Assembly: GCF_024437655.1 (NCBI RefSeq)
Contig: NZ_JANBVF010000013.1
Location: forward strand, 127,548-151,547
Length of the DNA stretch: 24,000 bases
Source of the DNA: Chitinolyticbacter albus
GTDB taxonomy: Bacteria > Pseudomonadota > Gammaproteobacteria > Burkholderiales > Chitinibacteraceae
Direction: 5' to 3'
Below are positions 1-8,526 of this stretch, piece by piece. A program made the position numbers and the translations under genes. Under the pieces are notes generated by a model. The model saw only the letters and a list, made by a program, of their open reading frames with translations. It was not told the DNA's origin and ran no database searches. The stretch's first letter is position 1; each line of letters starts with the position of its first letter.

Positions 1-360
1 TACTTGCTCGAACGATGAGGTGGGCGCCACGATCTGCAGTGCATCCGCAGAGAGCGGGCGCAATTCGGCGGTGATGCCGGACTGGGCGATCGCGCCTTGC
101 ACGCTGCCGCGTAGATCGCCATTACCCCGCGGGGCGCTGGCACCCTTGAGCTGGGCGATCTGGCGCTGCATCTGGGCCAGCTGCGCTTCGAGCTGCGGTA
201 CCTGGCGGGCAAGCTTGTCGCGGCCGGCGCTCGCCGGCGCCCAGAGCACGGCGTAGCAGAAGGCCGCCGCGAGCACCGCGCCGCAGACCGTCAGAAACAG
301 TCGTTCACGCGCGTTGCGCTCGCGCCAGAAGGTGAGGAGCTTGAGTTGGATCGCGTTCAT
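1..360 (-). CDS. gspM: Type II secretion system protein M (GspM), truncated by the left window edge
   Basis: Minus-strand ORF absent from the track because it has no stop inside the window. The ATG at 360..358 overlaps the gspL stop (ATGA). My translation is MNAIQLKLLTFWRERNARERLFLTVCGAVLAAAFCYAVLWAPASAGRDKLARQVPQLEAQLAQMQRQIAQLKG... This gives a short basic N-terminus, one TM helix, then a coiled-coil region, the usual GspM layout. It lies directly downstream of a GspL-like gene. Confidence 0.7.
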   Translation of the reverse strand, partial: MNAIQLKLLTFWRERNARERLFLTVCGAVLAAAFCYAVLWAPASAGRDKLARQVPQLEAQLAQMQRQIAQLKGASAPRGNGDLRGSVQGAIAQSGITAELRPLSADALQIVAPTSSFEQV

Positions 361-1439
361 TGAGGGGCCTGCAGGCGCAACAGCGCACGTCCTTCGTTGC
401 CTTGAACCTGCTCAAAGGGCAAGCCCGCCGCGTTAAGCTGGGCCCGGGTCGCGGCGGCATCGCCCTTGACCACCAGTTCCAGTGTGCCGTCCGCATAGCG
501 CAGTGCGTCCAGTTGCAAGGCGCCACCGGCCTGGTCGATCCGGCGCAGCGTGTCTTGCAACGTATTGCCACCAGCGGTGCCTTCATTGACCCCGGCCTCG
601 CGCAAGCGGCTTTGCAATTGCAGCACCGGGTCCACCACCGGCACGCCGGGCAGCGCGGCGGCAAAGGTCTGGCGCATTTCACGTTTCAAAGCGTCGGCGC
701 GGCGGGACAATTGCCACCACTCGCCGATATTGAGCGCGGTGAGCAACAGCAGCAGCACCGCGAGCAGCACGGCAGGCCGGCGCCACGGCTTCCAGTCCGG
801 TTGCCAGGCAGGGCGCGGTGAGAACTCCGCCTGCAGCAGGTTGCGTGGCGGCAAGGGCCGCTCGCACACCGCTTCCAGCGGGAGCGGGGTCACGGTGCTG
901 CCCGAGGTCAATGCAGCGCCTATGGCTGCGTCGTCCAGAGATATCACCTCGCCAGTGGGGCTCTTCAGCAGCTGGGAGGTACCCGGCAGGTCCACTTGCT
1001 GCCAGCCGGATAGATCATCGGCGATCAGGTCTGCGAGTGCGTAAGCGGCGTCGACGGTATGGCCGTGGCCGCGCAGCAGATTCAGCCAGCCCGACAACCA
1101 ATCGCGTTCGACCACCTGGACCTGCCATAGCCCATCACCCAGCGGGTGCAGGCCGAACCACAGCTTGGACGGCGGCGCGAGCAGGCGGTCTTCCAGTGCC
1201 ATGGGCAACAAGGCGCGCAGCTTGGCAGGCGGCTGCTTGGGCAGCGTGACCAGATGCAGGCTGAGGCGGGTAGGGGGAAGCAGCAGAACCAGATGGGCAA
1301 CCGCGGGGAGCGCGGCCACGGGTCCCCGGCCGGAATCGAGGGCGCTGCCTGTCGGGGCGAACCACGCGAGTTCCGTGGTTTCGGTGGGTTGGCCATCGAG
1401 CAGGATGCGCAGGGTCGGGTGCGGTGCAGAGGCGCTCAC
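357..1439 (-). CDS. gspL: Type II secretion system protein L (GspL)-like
   Basis: 360-aa ORF with good GC3 bias. It has an N-terminal cytoplasmic domain (TLRILLDG...), a single central TM helix (PAVLLAVLLLLLTALNIG) and a C-terminal periplasmic domain, and is translationally coupled to a GspM-like gene. The annotated start is GTG with no clear SD, so the start is uncertain. Confidence 0.65.
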   Translation of the reverse strand: MSASAPHPTLRILLDGQPTETTELAWFAPTGSALDSGRGPVAALPAVAHLVLLLPPTRLSLHLVTLPKQPPAKLRALLPMALEDRLLAPPSKLWFGLHPLGDGLWQVQVVERDWLSGWLNLLRGHGHTVDAAYALADLIADDLSGWQQVDLPGTSQLLKSPTGEVISLDDAAIGAALTSGSTVTPLPLEAVCERPLPPRNLLQAEFSPRPAWQPDWKPWRRPAVLLAVLLLLLTALNIGEWWQLSRRADALKREMRQTFAAALPGVPVVDPVLQLQSRLREAGVNEGTAGGNTLQDTLRRIDQAGGALQLDALRYADGTLELVVKGDAAATRAQLNAAGLPFEQVQGNEGRALLRLQAPQ

Positions 1440-1571
1440 GGAAGGTCTAGGCAGGCCTGAAAGGAGGTTGGCAGTATCGCATAAAGCTTGGGGTCAGGGC
1501 GCAGCATGGAGGGCTGCTGTGCGTGCCAGGCGAGCAGGACGCCCGGATCCACGGCGCTCACACACAAGGGT

Positions 1572-1600
1572 TTGGCGCTGCCAGCCCTTTCCCCTATAAT
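1572..1600 (+). promoter_or_regulatory. Sigma70-type promoter for tRNA-Leu
   Basis: TTGGCG (1572-1577), a 17-nt spacer, then a perfect TATAAT (1595-1600), about 37 nt upstream of the tRNA 5' end. Confidence 0.6.
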
Positions 1601-1636
1601 CGCTCTCCTTTGCGACGCCTCCCGTGGCGGCGCTGT

Positions 1637-1721
1637 GCGAGCGTGGCGGAATTGGTAGACGCACTGGATTTAGGTTCCAGCGCCGCAAGGCGTGAGAGTT
1701 CGAGTCTCTCCGCTCGCACCA
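1637..1721 (+). tRNA. tRNA-Leu, anticodon TAG (reads CUA/CUG), encoded CCA end
   Basis: The acceptor stem GCGAGCG pairs with CGCTCGC and is followed by ACCA. The D-arm is GGCGGAATTGGTAGACGC. The anticodon stem-loop is CTGGA-TTTAGGT-TCCAG. A long variable arm (GCGCCGCAAGGCGTG) is typical of class II Leu tRNAs. The T-arm is GAGAGTTCGAGTCTCTC. Confidence 0.95.
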
Positions 1722-1755
1722 CCGGATAAATCGCAATACTTCGATATTGCCCTCC

Positions 1756-1790
1756 AAGCCCCGTAGATATTGAATCTTCGGGGCTTTTTG
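1756..1790 (+). terminator. Rho-independent terminator after tRNA-Leu
   Basis: AAGCCCCG ... CGGGGCTT stem followed by TTTTT. The loop is rather large (about 15 nt). Confidence 0.55.
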
Positions 1791-1923
1791 TTGCCCGTTC
1801 TCCGGGCATCTCCCCCACTTGGCGGTGTTCGCCTCCCAGAATGGCGACGCGGGGTCCGATTTTGCAAAGGACGGCGGGATTCGGGATCGATTGACGCTGC
1901 GTGGGCTCGCTCGAGCCACTAAC

Positions 1924-1954
1924 AAAAAACCCGCGATTGTTCGCGGGTTTTTTG
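1924..1954. terminator. Bidirectional rho-independent terminator (serves ppa on the minus strand)
   Basis: AAAAAACCCGCGA-TTGT-TCGCGGGTTTTTT: a perfect GC-rich stem flanked by an A-run and a T-run, 18 nt downstream of the ppa stop. Confidence 0.85.
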
Positions 1955-1971
1955 TTCTCGTGGCTCAGCGA

Positions 1972-2502
1972 TCAGGCGTTTTTGGCGCGCTCGAAGCTGG
2001 CCACGATCTCGGCCTCGGCGGCGGCCTTGTCGCCCCAACCGGTCACCTTCACCCACTTGCCCTTCTCCAGATCCTTGTAGTGCTCGAAGTAGTGCTTGAC
2101 CTGGGCCAGCAGCAGTTCGGGCAGGTCTTCCAGCTTCTGGATGTGCTTGTACATCGGGCAGATCTTTTCCACCGGCAGCGCGATCACCTTGGCATCCTGG
2201 CCGGCTTCGTCTTCCATGCCCAGCACGCCGATGGCGCGGCACTTGATGACCATGCCGGGGGCCAGCGGGAACGGGGTGTACACCAGCACGTCCACCGGAT
2301 CTCCGTCCAGCGACAGCGTGTGCGGCACAAAGCCGTAGTTCATCGGGTAGGACATCGAGGTGCCGACGAAGCGGTCGACGACGATGGCGCCGGCTTCCTT
2401 GTCGAACTCGTACTTGATCGGCGGCGCATTGGCCGGGATTTCGATGATGACGTTGAAGTCTTCCGGCAGGTTCTTGCCGGCGGGAATCTTGCTGATATCC
2501 AT
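1972..2502 (-). CDS. ppa: Inorganic pyrophosphatase (family I)
   Basis: The translation from the internal ATG at 2502 is [74 protein letters not shown]... (176 aa). It shows the classic family I PPase motifs (YE.DK, DRF, YP.NYGF.P.T...DGDP.D.LV). The track ORF starts 21 codons earlier, which is unlikely to be the true start. Confidence 0.95.
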   Translation of the reverse strand: MDISKIPAGKNLPEDFNVIIEIPANAPPIKYEFDKEAGAIVVDRFVGTSMSYPMNYGFVPHTLSLDGDPVDVLVYTPFPLAPGMVIKCRAIGVLGMEDEAGQDAKVIALPVEKICPMYKHIQKLEDLPELLLAQVKHYFEHYKDLEKGKWVKVTGWGDKAAAEAEIVASFERAKNA

Positions 2503-2592
2503 CTCTTCCTCGAAGCGTGACGTTGGCAACGGCGGCAAGTATATCGGCGATCCGCGGCCCGACAAACCCTGCCGGACCGCCGTCGTCGTGTC

Positions 2593-2861
2593 TTACGGGG
2601 TATAGGCGGGCAGGGCGCCCGCTGCGAAGCGGAATGCCTTCCCGGCCACGGTCACAGTGAGGGTGCCGTTGGCGGCGGTGACGGTGGGTTGGGCGCACGC
2701 TTTCAATCTCGGTGAAGGAACCCGAATGGGTAACGAGACCCTCGCCCGGGGCCGGCGCGGACGAGGCGCCGACCTCGTCGCTGGCGCCACTGCCTCCTCC
2801 ACATCCGACCAGCAGGGCAGCGGCAAACAACGAGCAAAGCTGGGACAGAGCAGCGCATCAT
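2593..2861 (-). pseudogene. Small putative lipoprotein with an apparently interrupted reading frame
   Basis: One frame encodes ...LSQLCSLFAAALLVGCGGGSGASDEVGASSAPAPGEGLVTHSGSFTEIE, with an LLVGC lipobox. The codon-biased continuation ACAQPTVTAANGTLTVTVAGKAFRFAAGALPAYTP* is in another frame. The switch lies near the GAAA run at about 2699-2706. The only ATGs (2861, 2858) are in a third frame. High GC3 on both sides of the switch supports real coding sequence. Confidence 0.3.
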
Positions 2862-2977
2862 CGGGGGGGAGGGAATCCGTGGCGTGATTGCGAGCAGCGG
2901 CGGAAAAAAAGAATCAAAGCCACTCGATGCCACTGCGGCGAGCCTAAACCGCTAGTCGCAGCTTGACACTGACAAAC

Positions 2978-3000
2978 GGCAAGCTAGCGCCATGCTTGCC
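2978..3000 (-). terminator. Possible weak terminator hairpin downstream of the DMT transporter gene
   Basis: GGCAAGC-N9-GCTTGCC hairpin. On the minus strand it is followed only by GTTTGT, a poor U-tract. Confidence 0.3.
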
Positions 3001-3040
3001 AAAAACATGATCCTGCATCTTCTAATTTGTAAGAAAGTGC

Positions 3041-3910
3041 TTATGTTCTGCGCATTGCCACGTTGCGCCGCCAATGCTCGTTCAACCACAGCGCCAGTGC
3101 CATCACCGCGCCTCCCGCGGTCAGCCGCCACAGGTTCTCATCCTGGCCCCAGATCAGCACATGCAGCAGGATGCCGACCGGGATGTGCATATTGTTCATG
3201 GTGCCCAGCGTGCCGGCATCGACCTGGCTCGCACCCTTGTTCCACCAGAAGAAGCCGAGCGCCGAGGCCACGAGGCCCATGTAGACCAGTATGCTCCATT
3301 GTGTGGCCGTGGCGGGCAATCGGGCGGGATTGCCAAAGATCAGGAACGAGGGCAGCGCGACCAGGAGGGCGCCGACAAAGAACCAGCCGAAGCTCTCGTG
3401 CGCGGGGCGCGTGCTGGGGTAGCGCAGCAGCAGCCACTTGTAGCCGATCTGACCCAACGCGAACGAGAGATTGGCCGCCTGCAGCATCAAGAATCCGGCG
3501 AGGAAATGCGCGCTGATGCCGTCAAAACGGATGATGGCCGAGCCTGCGATGGCGATCAGCGCGGCAAGCGAGGCACGCGGGGTGAAACGGCGCGCGAAGG
3601 CGTCGTCCAGCAGCGTGATGTAGATCGGCGTGAAGATGGTGAATAGCAACACCTCGGGCACGGTCAGGTAGCCGAATGAGCGATACAGGAGCAGGTAGGT
3701 GAGGCCGAACTGCAGCGCACCGCAGACCACGGTGCCCAGCATGCGCTGCCAGGCAGTGCCGGCGGGCCGTAGCAGGGGCCAGAACACGACGCCCGCGATC
3801 AGCACCCGGGTGAGCACGGCAAAGTCGCTGTCGACGCGGCCGGCGAGGAACGCGCCGATCAGATTGAACGACAGCGCCCAGACAACGGTGATAACGGCGA
3901 GATAGCGCAT
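3041..3910 (-). CDS. DMT superfamily / EamA-like transporter (carboxylate/amino acid/amine transporter type, YigM-like)
   Basis: 289-aa polytopic membrane protein with about 10 predicted TM helices arranged as two EamA-like halves. Motifs LTVPEVLLFTIFTPIYITL and QVDAGTLGTMNNMHIPVG resemble what I recall of the E. coli YigM family. Confidence 0.75.
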   Translation of the reverse strand: MRYLAVITVVWALSFNLIGAFLAGRVDSDFAVLTRVLIAGVVFWPLLRPAGTAWQRMLGTVVCGALQFGLTYLLLYRSFGYLTVPEVLLFTIFTPIYITLLDDAFARRFTPRASLAALIAIAGSAIIRFDGISAHFLAGFLMLQAANLSFALGQIGYKWLLLRYPSTRPAHESFGWFFVGALLVALPSFLIFGNPARLPATATQWSILVYMGLVASALGFFWWNKGASQVDAGTLGTMNNMHIPVGILLHVLIWGQDENLWRLTAGGAVMALALWLNEHWRRNVAMRRT

Positions 3911-4164
3911 GGTGAAACCCGCAATGTCGGATCAGACTGGAAGGCGGCGATGATAAGTCCGGTGGTCGTGGCACGCCATGTGCTTATGTCCTGCTTGCCA
4001 CGACGTTGCTGTCGGTGCACGACGGGCGACGCCAAGGCCTGGTGCAATCCGCCGTGCGATTTTGATCGGCCGCAATGGCGTGGCGCGTATGCCCCAATCG
4101 GATACACGCACCCGCTACAATCGATGCAAACCTGAAGCGGCGGTATGCCGCGCCGAGCCCGCCC

Positions 4165-6840
4165 ATGAAACAGCACTATCTCACCCCGCTGTTCGATCCC
4201 AAGTCCATCGTGGTCATCGGCGCGACAGAAACCGAGGGCGCGGTCGGCAAGACCGTGTTCGCCAACCTGCTGCAAGGCGGCTACGCGGGCAAGCTCGCTG
4301 CGGTGAATCTGCGGCACGACGTGGTCATGGGGGCCAAGGCGGTCAAGCACGTGCACCAGGTGAAGCCCGCGCCCGAGTTGGCCATCATCACCACCCCCAC
4401 CCGCACCTTGAAGGCGCTGGTGGAGGAATGCGGCAAGCATGGCGTGGCGGCGGTGGTGATCATGTCGTGCGATTTCGTTGGCACCGACGAGAAATCGCGC
4501 GTGCTGCTCGATCAGCTGCACGCCACCGCGCGCCAGTACGGGCTGCGCATTTTCGGCCCCACCGTGTTTGGTCTGGCTCGGCCGATATCGCGCATGGTGG
4601 GCGCGCACTACCAGGGCGAGCTCAAGGGCGGCAATCTCGCGCTGGTGTCGCAATCGTCGGCGGTGGCCTCCGCCATCCTCGACTGGGCCGAATCGCACGA
4701 TGTGGGCTTTTCCAGCGTGGTATCGCTGGGGACCGAGGCCGACGTCGATGTCGGCGAAACACTGGATTACCTGGTTTCCGATCCCAAGACCCAATCCATA
4801 CTGCTCTATCTGGAAGACGTGGCCGATGCGCGCATGCTGATGTCGGCACTGCGCGCGGCCTCGCGGACCAAGCCGGTGATGGTGCTCAAGGTGGGGCGCT
4901 ATGACGACCGGGTTGCGCTGGGCCGCACCCACAGCGAGCGGCTGATCGGCCGCGACGACGTGTTCGAGGCCGCGCTGCGTCGCGCCGGCGTGTTGCGCAT
5001 CCGCTCGATCAACCAGCTGTTCATCGCCGCCAGGGTGGTGAACGGCAATTACCGCACCAAGGGCCGGCGGCTGGCCATCATCACCAACGGCATGGGCGCG
5101 GGCATGATGGCGGTCGATCGTGCGCATGATCTGCATATCCAGCTGCCGACGCTGGCGCCGGAAACCCAGGCCCGGCTGCAGGCCTTGTTGCCGCCGCAGG
5201 CGGTGACGGTGAACCCGGTCGATATCCTGGGCGATGCGTCGGCCGAGCGCTTCCGCCTCGCCACGCAGGCGGTGCTCGATGACCCGCAGGTCGACGGCGT
5301 GGTCGTGGTGTTCACGCCCCAGGTCGGTACCGACCATATGGCCACGGCCGAGACGATGATCGCGCTGCGTGCAGACAACGACAAGCCCATCCTGCTGGCC
5401 TGGATTGGCGGGCGCAAGGTCGAGGCTAGCCGCAAGCTCCTCGCCAAATCCAACACTGCTTGCTTCAACGCCCCCGAGCACGGCGTCGAGGTGTTCTATT
5501 CGCTGGCCTCCTGGCAGTACAACCAGCAATTGCTGCTGCAGACCGCAGCGCCGCTGGGCGAATGGGAAGCGCCGGATCTCGAAACCGCGCGGACCATCAT
5601 CGATACCGTGCTGGCACAGGGCCGCAGCGCGCTCGACGAGATCGAATCCAAGGCGGTGTTGCGCGCCTTCCATATTCCCGTGACGCCGACGCTGCGCGCC
5701 GCCAGCGCGGACGATGCGGTGACGGTAGCCATGGGCCTGGGGTTGCCGATCGTGCTCAAGCTCGATGTCGAGGGCGTCACCCACAAGACCGATATCGACG
5801 GCGTGGTGCTCAACCTGCAGAGCCTCGTCGCTGTCGCTGCCGAAGCCAACCGGCTGTTGACCCGCGCCCGCGAGCGCTTCGGTGACGCGGTGCGCGGCCT
5901 GACCGTGCAGCCCATGCATCAGCGGCGCTTCGGCCGCGAACTGATGCTAGGCGTGGCGCGCGACCGCGCCTTCGGCCCGGTGATCACCTTTGGTGCCGGC
6001 GGCATCGCGGTCGAAGTGTTCAACGACGTGGCGGTAGCCTTGCCACCGCTGAACGAATACCTGGCGCGAAACCTGATCCGTCGCACCAAGGTGAAGACCA
6101 TGCTCGAAGCATTCCGCAACCAGCCGGCAGTCAATCTGGAGGCGGTTGAAAACGTACTGCTGCGGCTGTCAGAGCTGGTATGCGAGTTGCCGCAAGTACT
6201 GCAGCTCGACATGAATCCGCTGGTGGCGGACGAGCAGGGTGTGATCGCGGTCGATGCGCGCATCGTGGTGGCGCCGGTCGATGAGAAGGCGCGTCGCTAC
6301 CAGCACATGGCCATCCACCCGTATCCGTCGCAGATGGTGCAGCTCACCCAACTGAAGAGCGGCGTGCCGCTCACCATTCGCCCGGTACGGCCGGAAGATG
6401 CCGAGATGATGGCGACCTTCGTGCGCGAACTCTCGGACGAAACGCGCTACAACCGTTACATGAATACGTTGAAGACGCTGCCGCAATCGATGTTGGCGCG
6501 TTTCACCCAGATGGACTACGCCCGCGAGGTCGCGCTCGTGGGCACGCTGGGCGAGGGGGACGACGAACGTATCCTCGGCGTCGCGCGCTTTACGGTGAAC
6601 CCGGACTACGACAGCTGCGAATTCGCCATCGTTATCGCCGACCATATGCAGGGCAAGGGCCTGGGCGGCCGGCTGATGGAAGCGCTATTCGCCGCAGCGC
6701 GCGACATGAGCCTCGATCTGGTCGAAGGCGAGGTACTGGCCAGCAACAAGACCATGCTCAATTTCATGAAGCGCCTGGGCTTCGAAATCCATACGCACCC
6801 GGAGGATGATGGGCTGAAATGGGTGGTGAAGCGGTTGTGA
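4165..6840 (+). CDS. patZ: Protein lysine acetyltransferase, Pat/PatZ (YfiQ) type: NDP-forming acyl-CoA synthetase-like domains fused to a C-terminal GNAT domain
   Basis: 891 aa from the ATG at 4165 (MKQHYLTPLFDPKSIVVIGATE...). It has a CoA-binding/succinyl-CoA-synthetase-like N-terminus, an ATP-grasp-like middle and a C-terminal GNAT region (IRPVRPEDAEMM...EFAIVIADHMQGKGLGGRLMEAL). The size matches the E. coli enzyme (about 886 aa). Confidence 0.85.
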   Translation: MKQHYLTPLFDPKSIVVIGATETEGAVGKTVFANLLQGGYAGKLAAVNLRHDVVMGAKAVKHVHQVKPAPELAIITTPTRTLKALVEECGKHGVAAVVIMSCDFVGTDEKSRVLLDQLHATARQYGLRIFGPTVFGLARPISRMVGAHYQGELKGGNLALVSQSSAVASAILDWAESHDVGFSSVVSLGTEADVDVGETLDYLVSDPKTQSILLYLEDVADARMLMSALRAASRTKPVMVLKVGRYDDRVALGRTHSERLIGRDDVFEAALRRAGVLRIRSINQLFIAARVVNGNYRTKGRRLAIITNGMGAGMMAVDRAHDLHIQLPTLAPETQARLQALLPPQAVTVNPVDILGDASAERFRLATQAVLDDPQVDGVVVVFTPQVGTDHMATAETMIALRADNDKPILLAWIGGRKVEASRKLLAKSNTACFNAPEHGVEVFYSLASWQYNQQLLLQTAAPLGEWEAPDLETARTIIDTVLAQGRSALDEIESKAVLRAFHIPVTPTLRAASADDAVTVAMGLGLPIVLKLDVEGVTHKTDIDGVVLNLQSLVAVAAEANRLLTRARERFGDAVRGLTVQPMHQRRFGRELMLGVARDRAFGPVITFGAGGIAVEVFNDVAVALPPLNEYLARNLIRRTKVKTMLEAFRNQPAVNLEAVENVLLRLSELVCELPQVLQLDMNPLVADEQGVIAVDARIVVAPVDEKARRYQHMAIHPYPSQMVQLTQLKSGVPLTIRPVRPEDAEMMATFVRELSDETRYNRYMNTLKTLPQSMLARFTQMDYAREVALVGTLGEGDDERILGVARFTVNPDYDSCEFAIVIADHMQGKGLGGRLMEALFAAARDMSLDLVEGEVLASNKTMLNFMKRLGFEIHTHPEDDGLKWVVKRL

Positions 6841-7241
6841 GCCCGTCGTCACCGGCCAATCGGCCGCCACAATACATTGCGAGATCGGTGCGGACGGATC
6901 CAGCCTGATGCCCGAATCCATCGACATCTCTATGGATGCCCGATCGGCGGCTTCCGCGATATTCCAAGATGGCTAAAGTGCCGTTCACAAAACCCAGTGC
7001 AATGGTGCTGGCAAGGCGCGCGAAACAACCTGAAAGGCGGTAAATCGGACTCCCTTCGGTCGCAGGCAGTACGCGTGTACCGCCAGTGAGCGCAATCCGG
7101 CAACAGGCTTTTGTTAGCGGATCCAAATACCCCTTTGATGGAAAAGACATGCCGGGTTTTTGGTATTAGAATCCCGGACGCTGTCGGAAGGACAGCCGAT
7201 ATGACATATAAATAATTTACTCAAAAATTTAAGGGGGGCCA

Positions 7242-7859
7242 ATGAGTAAAAATCAATTTCTTCAAAATCAGATGCTTAAGCGAGCATTGCTCGTCGGGGC
7301 ACTTGCCGCGACGGTGCTGATGAGTGGTTGTGCAAGCGTCTATGTCGATACAGCGACGCAGGACATTCAGCCAGGCGATATCAAGCCCGCAGCTCAACCG
7401 CAGCCGGTTCAGCTGAAGTTTGAGTTCCAAACCAAGGGTGCGCCAAATGCTGCGGCAACGTCCTTTCTCAAGGACCAGGTTGCCGAGCAGGTCAAGAACA
7501 GCGGGCTTTTTTCCAGCATTGAGGGCCAAGCTGGTGGTGCGCTGCTGAATATCGTATTGAACAACATCCCGTTGACTGACAACCCGGAAGGCAAGGGCTT
7601 TGTCACCGGATTGACCTTCGGTGTTGCCGGCAGCGTGGTGACGGATGGATATGTTTGTAAATTGACCTATTTGCCAGCAGGCGATGGCCAGCCAGTCAAC
7701 AAGGAAGTGCTGCACGCCATTCATACCACGATAGGCAACGCAAATCCGCCCGAGAATGCAGTGCCTTCGGAAAGTTTCGAGGCGGCGGCTCGCACCATGA
7801 CGCGTCAAGTCGTCGACAACGCCCTTAAAGACCTTTCTCAAGATCCGAATTTCAAATGA
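7242..7859 (+). CDS. Lipoprotein of unknown function
   Basis: Signal peptide with lipobox (ALAATVLMSGC|AS). A strong SD (AAGGGGGG) lies upstream of the ATG at 7242. Codon usage is AT-richer than the neighbours. Confidence 0.75.
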   Translation: MSKNQFLQNQMLKRALLVGALAATVLMSGCASVYVDTATQDIQPGDIKPAAQPQPVQLKFEFQTKGAPNAAATSFLKDQVAEQVKNSGLFSSIEGQAGGALLNIVLNNIPLTDNPEGKGFVTGLTFGVAGSVVTDGYVCKLTYLPAGDGQPVNKEVLHAIHTTIGNANPPENAVPSESFEAAARTMTRQVVDNALKDLSQDPNFK

Positions 7860-8446
7860 AAAAGCATATGAACATTAAAAATAAACTGTCGCTGCTGCTG
7901 GCATTGGCTTCACTTTTGCTTACGACCGGTTGTGCCCAACTCGTCATGGGCCCGCCACAGTCCAGCCTCGACAATACAATGCGACTTCGCGCGGCAAAAA
8001 TCAGCCCGGTCAATGTCGGTGAATTCACGCCCGACGCCAACCTGCCGGCCGGCAGGGACCAATCCTTTGCGCTGCGTGGGGCGAACAGCCTGAAAGCGCC
8101 GACCGATGGCTCGTTCACCCAATACCTGCGCGCATCGCTGGTTGAAGAGCTGAAGGCGGCCAATTCCTTCGATCCCGCTTCGACAACGACGATCACCGGT
8201 ACCTTGCTGGATACGGATCTTGATCCGGCCATAGGTACCGGTTCGGCCAAGCTTTCCGCGCGAGTGGTGGTGAGCAAGGATGGCGAGCAGCGCTTTGCCA
8301 AGGACTTTACCGCGCAATCCACCTGGGACTCGTCCTTTGTCGGCGCAGTGGCCATTCCGCTGGCGGCCAACAACTACGAAGGGCTGTTCCGCAAGTTCAT
8401 CAGCTTGTTGCTCGAGGATGAATCCTTCGTCGCGGCGCTGAAATAA
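7856..8446 (+). CDS. Lipoprotein of unknown function
   Basis: Signal peptide with lipobox (LLALASLLLTTGC|AQ). The ATGA overlap with the preceding lipoprotein gene suggests translational coupling. Codon usage is AT-richer than the neighbours. Confidence 0.75.
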   Translation: MKKHMNIKNKLSLLLALASLLLTTGCAQLVMGPPQSSLDNTMRLRAAKISPVNVGEFTPDANLPAGRDQSFALRGANSLKAPTDGSFTQYLRASLVEELKAANSFDPASTTTITGTLLDTDLDPAIGTGSAKLSARVVVSKDGEQRFAKDFTAQSTWDSSFVGAVAIPLAANNYEGLFRKFISLLLEDESFVAALK

Positions 8447-8480
8447 GCGCGTAGCCGTTTCACGCTGACAGGTCGAAGAA

Positions 8481-8512
8481 AAACCGGCGGGAGATCATCC
8501 CGCCGTTTTTTT
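8481..8512. terminator. Bidirectional rho-independent terminator between convergent operons
   Basis: AAAAACCGGCGGGA-GATCA-TCCCGCCGTTTTTTT: a GC stem flanked by an A-run and a T-run. It sits between the lipoprotein operon (+) and the end of the long minus-strand gene string. Confidence 0.85.
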
Positions 8513-8526
8513 GCGCCTGGGCGCAA

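Noticed and set aside
1637-3040. tRNA-Leu as a possible genomic-island integration site or mobile element boundary.
   Set aside because: There is no integrase or recombinase, no direct repeat of the tRNA 3' end that I could find, and the flanking genes (ppa, transporter) are housekeeping with normal composition.
4075-4164. N-terminally extended ORF-track starts: 4075 for patZ, 2565 for ppa, 12447 and 12823 for the small helical proteins, 15879 for the short reb gene, 16226 for the sigma factor, 14443 for the papain-fold gene, and 23917 for the 606-aa protein.
   Set aside because: The extensions encode implausible Arg/Pro/Trp-rich sequence, often start at non-ATG codons, and lack an SD. The internal ATGs I chose are each preceded by a GGAG-type SD and give lengths that fit the family.
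3859-5919. Very long ORFs antisense to or overlapping confident genes: 3859..5919 (-, 686 aa), 13703..14971 (+, 422 aa), 22505..23776 (+, 423 aa), 1919..2830 (-, 303 aa), 10160..11089 (+, 309 aa), 11798..12703 (+, 301 aa), 3978..4904 (+, 308 aa) and many shorter ones.
   Set aside because: Their translations are Arg/Gly/His/Pro-rich low-complexity strings with no motifs. They lie opposite or out of frame with genes that have clear family signatures and strong third-position GC bias. This is the usual stop-codon-poor artefact of high-GC DNA.
6841-7241. Possible riboswitch or sRNA in the 400-bp gap upstream of the lipoprotein pair.
   Set aside because: I could not match it to any riboswitch core I know (cobalamin B12 box, c-di-GMP, glycine, fluoride, Mn, guanidine). 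It shows only generic short hairpins. It is kept as a low-priority note inside the lipoprotein-insert finding.
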